From Scyliorhinus canicula (taxonomy: Eukaryota), in assembly GCF_902713615.1 (NCBI RefSeq), contig NC_052152.1, positions 46,165,810 to 46,229,809 of the forward strand: a stretch of 64,000 nt of DNA. The letters run 5' to 3'. The position numbers and the translations under genes are program-made. This document shows, one piece after another, positions 36,171-48,304 of this stretch (positions within the stretch are counted from its first letter, which is position 1; each line of letters starts with the position of its first letter). Under the pieces are notes generated by a model. The model made no database searches, had not been told where the DNA came from, and saw only the letters and a program-made list of their open reading frames with translations.

Positions 36171-36599
36171 GTGACCCTGACAGCTGAAACAGACTGTTGC
36201 TATGTGACTTGGAAGAGAAGAAAGCTATATTTGCTCTTGGCTAAACATCATTATATTGCACGCCTTTTCACTGTTATGCTTGGAAATGACATTGCAGATA
36301 AACTTTACTCCCTTATTGACAAGCTCTATTGCAGGGGTGGGGTCCGCTATGACATCCGTCTACCCAGCCTTTACCATGTGTTAGCACCCCCCGCCGAAGC
36401 TGAGAAGGAGAAGATTGCAGAGAATCCCCATCATGTTCCTCAGAGTTCATTTAAGCCTCAGGAGTCTCCCTTTAAAAAACCATGGCCAGACAGCAACGAC
36501 CTGATTGGTGAGGATTCCACCAGCCTTGTTTTGGAGGACTTTGCAGATATGACTGGATCATTTATGGAATATACCAGTGAAAGGGAGTACATGAAATAG
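36171..36599 (+). CDS. POPDC2: POPDC2 coding exon 3 (long form, isoform ending EREYMK; 343 aa total)
   Basis: TTTTGCAG acceptor; FQ|VT motif across the junction; DIADKLYSL; C-terminus GEDSTSLVLEDF...SFMEYTSEREYMK, typical of POPDC2. Confidence 0.95.
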   Translation: MTLTAETDCCYVTWKRRKLYLLLAKHHYIARLFTVMLGNDIADKLYSLIDKLYCRGGVRYDIRLPSLYHVLAPPAEAEKEKIAENPHHVPQSSFKPQESPFKKPWPDSNDLIGEDSTSLVLEDFADMTGSFMEYTSEREYMK

Positions 36600-39500
36600 T
36601 GGTCCAGTAAATGTGATAAAACCCTGTCACTGTCCATTCATGTGTAAGTACACTGCTGCTTCAAAGCTTACAACTACACCTAATAAAACTAACTTGGCTA
36701 CCTGATTCAGCTGGGCCACAGTGGCAGTATGTGGTAAGTGGAAAAGCTATCCTTGTGCAGTTGGGGAGTTGCGTTTGCATTGAGGTACATTGTTAAATTA
36801 GATGGAAAATAGTTTTCCTTGAACACACTATGTTACTCTTGCTCTCGTAGTATTTAATACTAGCCCACTAAATATGGAGATACATTATATGGAATAATTT
36901 AAGAAGTTCTGGCCTCCAAAGGACCAAAGCAAAGAATCGTCCTTGTTTTATGAAGCTTTTTCCCCGTTAATAAGGAAAGTTCCTCAGCTTTGTAACACAT
37001 TTAATTATTTTTTTTAACTGGATCCTGAATCTCCATCTACTGCCAGGCTAACTAAATTTTTGTTTGAGCTTATCTTCTGATATTATGCTGCATTTGCTCT
37101 TACTCAGGTATGAGCTTTTCTTTGATCACTTACCCTGCATATTGCAGTTGCAATAATACTTTCACAATTTTTAGAAACAAACCCTACAGACAGTGGGGCT
37201 GATTATCTTTCAGTTGTGTCAGTCTGCAGCAGTTCATAGAATGTGAGGATCAATCAACCTGCAGCCCAATGGTGCATTAAGTGGGTGACTGATAAATAGA
37301 TTGCCAGCCAAAGCAATTCCATAATTTTTCCTGTAAAATCCAGGATGTCACTTGTTTGCACGGATGTAGTTCCAAATGTTCCTTTTTCCTACACACAATA
37401 GTGGAATATTCATTATTAATTTTTAAAAAAAATTTAGAGTACCCAATTATTTTTTTTCAATTAAGGGGCAATTTAGCGTGGCCAATCCACCTATCCTGCA
37501 CATCTTTGGGTTGTGGGAGATGAGACCCACACAGACACGGGGAAAATGTGCAAACTCCACACGACAGTGACTCGGGGCCGGGATTGAACCCGGGCCCTCA
37601 GCGCCGTGATCCACTGTGCCGCCCCAAATAGTGGGATCTTCATAAATCAAAATGGTTATCAGTCAATGTGTCAGTTAATCCGTTGTGAGCATTGACAGAG
37701 AACTTTGCAAGTAAATGTTCACTTCCTTGGCAACTGTCATAATGCCTCCATTTTAAAATTGTCCCTTTTCATTTGACCTGTAAAGAAAAAAGGAAAATTA
37801 GCTTTAAAGAGACTAAATATACCCGTGGGTTAATTTTTGATAACCTCATTCCCTCTGACCTCTACATGTGAGAAAGACAAACGAGCAACAAGTGGAAAAA
37901 TCATCACCTCCAAGTTCTCATCCAAGCTATACATCATCCTGACTTGGACATATATTACTATTCCTTCATCACGACAGGTTAGGAATTTCTGGATACTATC
38001 CCAAACATCATCAGAGGTTTACCACCATCATAAGATCCACAAAGAGGACTTGTAATCACTTTCTCTGGACAACAAAGGATTATCAATAAAGGCAACCTGT
38101 CATTATTTCTCACACCCCGACAGTAACTATAAAAAAGTGGGCTTTCGATGAAAGGAGGCATTGCTGAAGGAATTGATGGTGGGATATTGAGAAGCTGGGA
38201 AAGGTAGAGTGCTGCCAAATAAACAATGGTGGCTAGTTAGCCAGTGTAAGGATGGATAGGAATGAGTAGCTCACACCTCTAATAGTCCCTGCGCTGTATA
38301 ACTACACAGTGCAATCTCCTACCAATCAGGTCACTGAACATTTCACATTGAACTAAGATTTTCTTTACTGTACTGCTGTCAACAACAGTATCAGTGACTT
38401 GTCAAGTCTCCTTTATCCCAGCTAACATTGGAGAAAAGAGGATGTTCCGTCTCCACTGTCAGTGCTGCTGCAAGGTTTCTCTCCTTTCCCTTAAAACATG
38501 AGCTGCTGCTGTTGCCTATTTTTCTTAAATTCGCTTTATGGCCATCGCAGGGATATTTTTATCTCCCAGTGTTGGAGTGCTGACGGTAAAGCGTGTATCA
38601 TGCTTTGCACACAACTGGAATGGATTCAGCAACTCTCACGTCATAAACTTGTTTGAGCAGCACTGGCCCCTCATGCTGCTTTGTATTAAAACCTTCTAGT
38701 CTCGCCCACTAGGTAAGTTAGCCTTTGAACCAGTTCAGGTGAAGCTCTAGACAAAAGGTGGCCAATTTCCGCAAAGGTTTGCTACAAGGCTGTCTCTCAC
38801 CAGTACTTTTAAAAGTATGAAGCACTGGACCAAATTTCCTCTGATCCTGCTCATCTGGCAGAGGTTCAGCAGAGTAGGATGTTCATCTTCCTGTTGCTTG
38901 TGCCCTTGAACTTGACACACTTTACAGAATGAAGTCAGTTTCAATGTTGTGATTGGGTGCTTGTGACAATGAGGTGCCTACCTTAACTAGGGATAGGTGG
39001 AGACTTTGCTGAAACATTGCTGAAGCCCTGGGAATAGCCATACATTGAAAGAAATACCTCCTGGCTCTACTGATTTAACTCAAACAACCAATTGCTACAT
39101 GAATTATGTCACACAATGTAGTTCCCTCATTTGCATGGCATCATAATAAGCCAGAAGGAACAATGATGAGTAGTTACCTAGCAAAAACAATGTGCAAGGT
39201 TACAGGGATAAGGCAGGGGAATGGGACTCGGTAGAGTGCTGTATCAGAGAGCCAGTGCAGACTCGATGGGCCTAATGACCTCCTTGTAAATATTCTGAGA
39301 TTAGGAATATATATGCTGGTTTTCTTCCTACATGTAAAATATAATGTCATGGTGTACGGATAGCCTTGTAGGTAGGTAAAGGCATTGTACCATACAGACC
39401 CAGATTCCATCTCTGCTGGCATAAATGCAACGGAAAAACTGTAAACTCATATGGTGTGATTTTGATATATTCTCCACACAATCTTGTTACAAGTTTGATG

Positions 39501-42235
39501 TAGTCAGGTCCTGGAGCACTGTCATGACATTAATGGATCAAGATTAGGTTGGAGGGGATGGGGAGACGGGGGAGGTAATAAGGGTCTCCTCAGGACCATC
39601 ACCATCTTCTGGTGCTCCAACTGCACTTGGTACTAATGCACCATGAGTATATATTGCAATTGATTTTAACATAATAAAAATTCAACATTTCATAAAATCA
39701 TAGAATCCCTAAAGTGCAGAAGGAGGCCATTTGGCCCATCGAGTCTGCAAGCTCTAAATATGCATACTCTAAAGTTGTCACTCCAGAAATGACCTACCCC
39801 TAGTTGGAGGTCGGGGTTAATGTTCAGCGGTCAGAAGGATGTGGCTTAAGTCTCATTTTAGATACTACCAGATAGGTCGTGGCAAAAGTATCTGGAGGAA
39901 GTTTGCATTTTTTGCCCACAGGTGCATTCAGAACTGCTCAGTTAGTCATAAAATGCTGAGGTCAACATAAGGCACTGTATAAATCTTATTTCTTTCTTAG
40001 AAGTGTTATTTGTATTTAACTGCTTCCCCAAGGAATTGGGAAAATTGAGAAAAGACTGAAGAAACTGCCATACAAACTGTCCCTGCTAACCTTGGGGGGA
40101 ATGCTTAAATGGCCAAAAATCTTCACATTCCACACTGACAGTTATAGAGTTTCATATTCTTCTCCGAGAGATCTGCACGTAAACTTCCTGAAAAGAAAGA
40201 TTTATTATAGTTTCATAATATATATTGTTCCATTTTTAATCCTATCCAATATTTGCACAAGTGTAATGTATCTAAAAAATATGTTAAGTGCACAATTTTT
40301 CTTTAAGTGGGAGATGACAGTTCTGGGAAACGAAATAATTTCTAAATTTCACATATCTACAGCAATGCTTGAACATGGATCAGATGCAATATAAATTGTA
40401 CATATATAACTCTAACCTAATTCAAGGTAAATGCAAATAAGCACTCCTTACTGCACCAAGGTGACTTTTTCATTTTCTGTATTTAACCATTGGTGACTGA
40501 CACATTAGCAAAATCTGAATAGCAGATTAATACAAAATTGGTGTTGTATTTGATAGCAGGCTATTGCAGTGGACTTATTTCCATAACGGAATGGGCTTCA
40601 TTCGTCTTGTCTTCATTGTGCTCATTCTGATACATCAAGTTTGCCTTCTTGCACCACCAAGTTCCCCTTAAGCTGTTCCTGCTGTAATGCATGGAAAATC
40701 TGCTGCTGTTCCATGGCTGACCTCTTTTCTATTTGCCATTTTAGCACCTTCAATTATGGGCAGTTCTTCAAGGCCCGAGGAAACACCTCCAGATAATTGT
40801 GAATTATACTTCATCGTAAACAGCAATGGAACTTCCCTAAAATTTAACTTTAAGTGTAGTAGTGAGCTTTTGTAGGACAGTTTATTAAAATATTACTTTG
40901 TGATTCGTATAATACTTTTCAGTTAATTATAGTTGAAACTCAGGTGAATTGATGGAGGTTACTTTGATAAACACTATTGTGGACTTTGCAAATGGGATTG
41001 CATTTGACAGTAAATAAAAGTCACCTGCACTTGATGTTTACAGTACAGGGTTGCTAATATGGAGAAGGAATAGAAAAGGAAGAAGGTTCAAGTCAAAAGG
41101 TTGCATGTCAATTGAGTGCAGATGCTGACGTTTGAATGAGTTTCGGGACTTCTCAGCCCAACCACTATATCAAGCATTTAGCCTCAGGAGAGAAGGAATA
41201 AAAATCACATTCTGCAAGAAGTACAAAGTCCGTGTCAGCTGATTATAGTGGCATGAAACATGGAGAAGTTGTGGCCTTGATGCTAAGTTTCTATATAAAA
41301 CTGGCCAGTTATGGCAGGTAGGAAAAAATATTGAGAAGAGAGAACATGATTTAATATCAGTAAGATAATGTTCATAGTGAAGCTTTTGTGATTGATCTGA
41401 TGTGATACTGTACATGTTACTGTACAGTTAAATACGAGCATTTCTTATTGATAAATAACACTAGTTCTGTGTTTACTGTGGGTGTAATCTTGCATCATAC
41501 TAAATTAAATGATCAAATTTTAATCCATATGTTTACAAGGATTTACATGTAGTTGCACCAGTAATGGGGGGGGGGGGGGGGGGGGGAGATATGTTCCCAT
41601 ATGGAGAAGGGAGAAATATACTAATGAAACTGGTCTCACACTAAATATAACCCCTAAAGAACCTCTTATATTTTACATATTCTGTTTTATTTGCTTCATT
41701 ATATGTGGAACAACATCAGTTAGAATGTTTAAAATATATGTGGTTGCATAGACATGCACAATGAAAAAAGCTATTGCTAGTGGCAGGATGTAATTTATAT
41801 TCTCTCTGTGATATTACAGGATCAGACAGCCAAAATACATTTTCAAAATTCTAATATGTATTTTCTCAGAACACCACTCACTGATCTAAAGGCCGGGACC
41901 AGTGTAATATTCCTGTGTTGCACACCATTACACATTTGTCTGGAACTGTTGCTGCATGTGTATGCTCACCTTTTGTTTCTACTAAGTTCCACATCTGTCT
42001 TTCTTGTTCTCCCTGAATATCACAATTGGAACACTTGTTTCTCTCAAAACAGATGCAAGGTGGTTCTTCATTTTATGGATTTCCGAAACTGAGAAGGAAT
42101 GTTTATAAAATGATGACTAATGTTTATCATTAACTTTGGGATAACAGTAATCCGTGGAAGATACTGTCATTGTACTACAAAATGCAACAAAATGCTGAGG
42201 TTAAAAATAATATACTTATCAACATGGTATATGTT

Positions 42236-42440
42236 GATGTGGAGATGCCGGCGTTGGACTGGGGTGAGCACAGTAAGAAGTCTTACAACACCAGGTTAAA
42301 GTCCAACAGGTTTGTTTCAAACACTAGCTTTTGGAGCGCAGCTCCTGAGGATTTCACCTGAGGAAGGAGCAGTGCTCCGAAAGCTAGTGTTTGAAACAAA
42401 CATGTTGGACTTTAACCTGGTGTTGTAAGACTTCTTACTG
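42236..42440. mobile_element. Penelope-type palindromic retroelement remnant
   Basis: ~75-bp inverted arms; TSD TGGTATATGTT / TGGTATAGGTT; second copy at 59524-59717. Confidence 0.8.
42355..42389 (+). ncRNA. Minimal type I hammerhead ribozyme motif
   Basis: CAC-CTGAGGA-A-GGAGC-AGT-GCTCC-GAAA-GC-TA-GTG: CUGANGA/GAAA core, 5-bp stem II, palindromic AGCT stem III, CAC/GTG stem I. Confidence 0.7.
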
Positions 42441-42817
42441 TGGTATAGGTTAGTAATGTAAACTTCAAATCCTGTAACAACCTCTCCTGTGTTTGCAGTA
42501 AAAATAATTAGAAATAATTTACTTCAGGTTATTTTAAACATGTCATTATTCCTATTCAGATGAAAGTAAATTACTGATGTAAAAAAATATAATACAACAA
42601 ATATAGTGGCAGAAATTTCAGCTCAGTTTGATTCTCATAGAGTAACTTGGTTGCGTTAGTCTTTTCTTCAGAAATGTCGCCTTTGCCCAGAGGTTTTATC
42701 AGTTGGGAAACAGATAAAAAGGTACTTTCTTTCCATAGAAACTTGTGTGAACATGTATATCAACTTACTCTTGTCCTATTTTAATTGAATACATTTCTAC
42801 TGTGTTCTTTTCTGCAG

Positions 42818-42891
42818 ATGTGAGCAATTTTCGGAGTGGCATTCGTAAGGAGTATGCCCCATTGGCTCCCACTCAGACACCAGAACTCTGA
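42818..42891 (+). CDS. POPDC2: POPDC2 alternative terminal exon (isoform ending APLAPTQTPEL; 337 aa total)
   Basis: Acceptor TGTTCTTTTCTGCAG; phase-1 match to the internal donor ATTG|GTGAGG after 36507; encodes DVSNFRSGIRKEYAPLAPTQTPEL*. AATAAA at 43043 and 43200. Confidence 0.88.
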
Positions 42892-44186
42892 GTACTACTA
42901 CTGGAAAAAGAACACAGCATGGGGAAACAGAAAACAAGTACTATTTAAACTTCCAACGAATACCAAAAAATTGAACAAAAAATAGTCTTGTTTCATAACA
43001 CGCTCCTACATAGTATTCCAATGTGGCTTCTCTGCTTTCCAAAATAAATAATCTCTGTATTACCAGCAGGTTGATATGATTCATCATCGCCAGTACAGTG
43101 GCTTACAGTATTTGTAGGGTTAATAGAACAAGTATGAATGAGCATGTCACCATTAAATCACAAATTTATTAACTTTTATTAATCATTTGAGACAAAGTAA
43201 ATAAAAATCATTAATAGTGCAGTATTGTATGCAAAGGTGATCGCAAATTGTCAAAAAGTGAGATTAGAAAGGGCACCTGGGTGACCTCGGGCTGGCATGG
43301 ACAAGTTGGCCCAAATGGCCTCCTGTGCTGGAACTTTTCTACGATTCTATGCTTCTGTGAGCAACATGGTACTCCAGAGAAAAACAGAAAGAAATTTGTT
43401 GCACTAGTAAGAAAGAAGGGTAGAAATGAAAGGTTACATTGTAACAAGGTGTCCAAAGATGTGCAGGTTAGGTGGATTGGCCATGCTAAATTGCCCTTAG
43501 TGTTGGGTGGGGTTACTGGGTTATGGGGATAGGGTGGAGGTGTGGGCTTGGGTAGGGTGCTCTTGCCAAGAGCTGGGGCAGACTCGATGGGCCGAATGGA
43601 ATGGCCTTCTTCTGCACTGTAAATTCTATGATAAGGTGTGACTGTGCCATGAATTAAGTATAGCACTGCATTATTGCCAAAAATAAGTAATTAGCAACAT
43701 AGGAATTGTTAGATGTAAGAAGACCATCTAGCTTGCCTTCTATCATCCTGGTAGTCATACAATACAATAATGTCTTTAGAATATTTTATTTTAGTAGATA
43801 TAATAATTCTGCAAAAGTTAAATTAGTAAAGATTTGACAGTTTGTGCAATGTTGGAAGCCATCTGCATAAGTTAATATTGTATTTCTGTTGAGCTAATCT
43901 GAATTGAGCAACAATACTGATTTCAAATAAAGACATCATTCCTAGAACTCAAAGCTGTCATTATTAAATTGAAATATGGATTAATGAAGAGTATAAGCGC
44001 CTACATGTGCTAAATATGTACATTCATATATAATTTTCTATTTAACTCAAGTGACAAAGCAATTTAATTGCAATGAAACACTGACATCAAGATAAATGTT
44101 CAAACCTGAATTCATTAACAACATGCAGGTAGTATTGGTATTAAAATAATTATAATGGTAAAAAACCTCAGAAATAATTTTATCCC

Positions 44187-45030
44187 TGTCATGTATGTAT
44201 AAAGTGTTATATATTGTATTTTATATCTGTTGCAGTAATGTTTTTAAAAGCCTGGGTTAAGGTATATCTTTATTGCAGTAATATTATTAAAGAACCCAGG
44301 TTAAGGTACCTAAACGGTACGTCTGCGAAAGCTGTGATTAAGAAGTCATGAAAGAGTGAAGTCATTATTGATTTTAATCACTTACTTTGTTACTGATAAA
44401 GCTAATGGAATTGTGTTTTGATTTCTGGAGTTTCCCTGGAGTGTAGATAATTTATCGGGGTGTGGTGTTTAGTCCTAACTAAACAGATCATGGAATTTAG
44501 TGGGATGATGTAATTAATGGGAGGAGCCAAGTTTGCCTCTAGTTTGGCAGTCCACTAGAATATTTGCCTAGTTTGGCAGTCTACTAGAATATTTTAAGTT
44601 GACTAGCAGTTTGCCATAGGATTTGACTCTGACAAGACAGAATATTCTGGATCTGCTTTTGAAAGGAGCTCTCTCCAAAGGTTTCTACATAGCTAAGCAA
44701 TACCCTGTTTTGTTAACTGTATTTATAAGTGGCATTTGAACTGTATCATGTTGTTTAATTGGAGTTAGTAGCAGGGAAAGATGGGAAGTTCAAATTTTCC
44801 TTTTGTTTCAGAACTGTTTAACTGATAATTGTAAAGCTATTTCTTTGATGTTCATGTGGTTAATTATGTGTTTAAATTAAAGTTTGTTTTAACGTAAAAG
44901 ATACCTATTGTCAGAGACATCACCCCTGGGCTGAAGTCTTTTCCTCACAGTTTTACAAATGAAAAAATATTGTTTTGGGTGCTCGTCCGGTATCCTAATA
45001 AATTTGGGGGTCTGGTCCAGCATCCTAACA
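44187..45030 (+). mobile_element. Solo LTR (Gypsy-type)
   Basis: TGTCATG...CCTAACA ends; flanks TCCC / CCCC; internal tandem duplications. Confidence 0.65.
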
Positions 45031-45959
45031 CCCCACCATGGGACCTCTGACTTTAACTATGAATGTCTGCTTATTTTCTCCTTTCAATTTCTTACTTAAT
45101 ACCGGGATATACTTATCCTAATAATTGCTGTGTATTGAAGCCTATGTAACTTGAGCTTTTCCTGTGGCTATTTACATGTGCATCTTGGCCCCTGTTCTGG
45201 ATCCAAGCCCATCACTTCTATTTCCACATAAGTTGTTTTTAAAAACGCTTTTCTTTACCTCTCCAAGACTCCTCTCTTCTGTAGTCCTGCCTCTATTATT
45301 TCTACTCTTGAGGGTTCTCTGCCCTTTCAAATTCCACCCCAATCCTCAAACCTCTTAGTCTCCTGCCACTATCCCAAGCTTGACTCCCTTTGAGATAAGC
45401 CACAGCTTCCCTTTGTGTCTCTCTTGGCATCCTTTGAAGAGCCTATTGAGGCACTTATCACTGCCTCCTCACAAACAGAAACTCCAAAAGCCCCATCCTA
45501 CTCTCTACCAACCTTCTCGCCCAACACCTTCCCCTGCCAATGCCTCCCTGTTCAACTCACCCTGCTGACTCTGTAGATACTACCAGGGGATTAGCTATCA
45601 CTGCCCTTTGCTGCACCTTCCTGTAGAATGTCCATTCACTTGTGCTATCCATAACCTCATTGTGGATAATTGCATGACATGTTGGCCTTGAGGGAAACCT
45701 AGCTGAGGGCCCAAGTGAAGCCTCTCCAACTGGTTGTATCTCTTAAAAGTGTTGCAGTGGTGGTGTAGCAGTTGCCACCAACTCACACCTTGGTCTCTCT
45801 TCCTCCTCCTCTGGCACATTCTCGTCCTTTGAGCTTTTCACCTTGTTCCGTCCCTTTAACCCCTCATTTAAAAAACTAATTTTTACAACTCATCAATTGT
45901 GATAAAAATGTTCCCATCAAGAGAATTTCACTGCTTTCTTCTCTCAACATCTGTACCGA

Positions 45960-46950
45960 GCAACAGCAACTTATAATTATAAAATGTAACATAATAAAAC
46001 GGCCAAGGCACATTACAAAACAAAGTATGACACTGAGATAAAGAAATATTAACTCAGATGACCAAAATCTCTATCAAAGAGAGAGATTTTAAGAAGTCTC
46101 TTCAATCAGGAAATTGAGTACGAGGGGCGGAGGGGTTTAGGGAGGGAATTCTAGAACTTAGGGCCTACACAACTGAAGGCACAGCCACAAATACTGAAGC
46201 AATTAAAATTGGGGATGCACAAAGGCCAGAATTAGAGGAGTGCAGATATTTAACAAGGCTATGGGGTTGAACGAGATTACAGAGAGGGCTGAGGAAATGG
46301 TGGGATTTGAAAACAAAGATGAGAATTTTAAAACCAAGACATTGATTGCTTGACTAGGAGCCAATCTAGGTCAGCGAGCCCAGGGTGATAGGAAAATGGG
46401 ACTTGCTGTAAATAAATGCATAGGAAACGTAGTTTGGATTACCTCAAGTTTGAGTGGAATGTGGGAAACCAACTACAAATGTATTAAAATAAACAAACCT
46501 GGAGGTAATGAAGGCAGCATGGTAGCACAGTGGTTAGCACAGTTGCTTCACAGCTCCAGAGTCCCAGGTTGAATTTCTGTCTTGGGTCACTGTCTGTGCA
46601 GAGTCTGTACGTTCTCCCCGTGTCTGCGTGGGTTTCCTCCGGGTGCTCCGGTTTCCTCCCACAGTCCAAAGGTGTGCAGGTTAGGTCGATTGGCCATGAT
46701 AAATTGCCCTTAGTGTCCAAAAAAGTTAGGTGGGGTTATTGGGTTTCAGGGATAGGGTGGAGGCGTGGGCTTAAGTAGGGTGCTCTTTCCAAGAGCCAGT
46801 GCAGACTCGATGGGCCGAATGGTCTCCTTCTGCACTATCGATTCTATGCTTCTATGACTGAGGATTTCAGCAACAGATGAGCTGAGACAGGGTGAAATCA
46901 GGCAATGTTATCTAGGTGAGAATCTGCGGTCTTACTAATGCCATGAATGG
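45960..46950 (-). mobile_element. Decayed L2-like LINE 3' part (contains a SINE)
   Basis: L2-type 3' end and inverse similarity to the plus-strand copy at 51540-52200; boundaries approximate. Confidence 0.55.
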
Positions 46951-46956
46951 AAACTT

Positions 46957-47980
46957 TCAGAGGCGGCCATGGAGTGGCTCCCACCCGCGGTGGAAATTTT
47001 TGGCCCTTCCCCATCTGATCTGAAGGGTGTTTAGTGGCAAAAGGTATGAGCAGTGGGGGAATGTAACACTCCACTGGTGGGACTGGTATGGCTTACCAGA
47101 TGGAGAGTGTAACGAGCAAGAGGCAGCAGCCTGACCGAGCGATTAATGGAGGTGTGACATAGGAAAAGATGGCAGAGAGTGGTGGGGCAGCGCTGCCCGC
47201 CCACTGGTCTACGGAGCAGCTGGTGAGCTTTCTCAACAACAATATTCCAGCAGCAAAGAAAGGAGGCCTCAGAGGATTTGGCGAAGGTGGTGGAGCTGCT
47301 TAGAGTGGCTATTGAGCGTATGGAGCAGAGGCAGAAGACACAGGGCCTGGTAATCCAGAAAATGGAGGAGTCGAGGGAGCACAAGGATCAATTGAACTCG
47401 CTGGAGGCCAAGATGGGAATGGTGACGAGCAGCCAATAAGGCTGAGGTCGAAGTTGGAAGATCTTGAAAACCGCTCCAGGAGGCATAATCTCCAGATCAT
47501 GGGGATGCCTGAGGGTATTGAAGGAATGCAGGCCGTCAAGTATATGGCGAACATGTTGGAGAAGCTGATGGGGAGAGGGTCTTTGACTGTTCTCCCATGG
47601 TGGATCGAGAGCACAGGGCACTGAGGTTGTGGCCACAAGCGAGGGGAACCACCAAGGGCGATAGTGGTGAGGCTGCATCATTTTCTTGACAAAGTGGTGG
47701 GCGAGGCAAAGAAAGAAGTGCACATAGGAGGAGAACAAGTCGAGTATTTATCAGGACCTGGAAGCAGAGCTGGCCAAGCGGACGGAGGGCCAGTTACAAT
47801 CGGATGAAGGCTGTTCTCTACAAGGGGGTGATGTTTGGGGTTCAGTACCCTGATCGTCTGTGGGTCACATACCAGAACCAAGGGTTCTATTTTGACTGGC
47901 CGGAGGAGGCAAAGGACTTTATGAGCAGTTTCAGTGCTGCGGCAGGGATGGAAACCTGATTGGAGGAATTCAAACATGGA
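46957..47980 (+). pseudogene. Decayed L1 5' UTR/ORF1 relic
   Basis: Fragments KLEDLENRSRRHNLQIMGMPEGIEG, EPPRAIVVRLH and IYQDL, homologous to the ORF1 at 2985-3515. Confidence 0.7.
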
Positions 47981-48304
47981 GTTCTATGAAAATTGGAGAC
48001 AGATTTGGAAGCCAACGCATTAAAGACTTTGGAGAGAAAAGAGAGATTGGTGATAGGACAGTTGCTTGTAAGCACGGTGTGGTCAAGATTTGGTTATTTT
48101 TGAGATGCGAGTTGACAGCAGATTTAAAGGGAAAAAGGACAGTACCTGCAGATAGAGAATTTTTTGCAACATCAACTAAAATGGCCTCCTCATCTCCAAC
48201 CTCCCTTTTCTCTCCAAAGTCCTTAAACATGCTGTCACCTCCAAAATCCCTAACTCCATCTTTGAATCCCTCTACTCAGGTTAAATCCGTGCCACAGTAC
48301 CAAA

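Noticed and set aside
24149-36599. Assignment as BVES/POPDC1 or POPDC3
   Set aside because: The exon layout and both C-terminal peptides match POPDC2.
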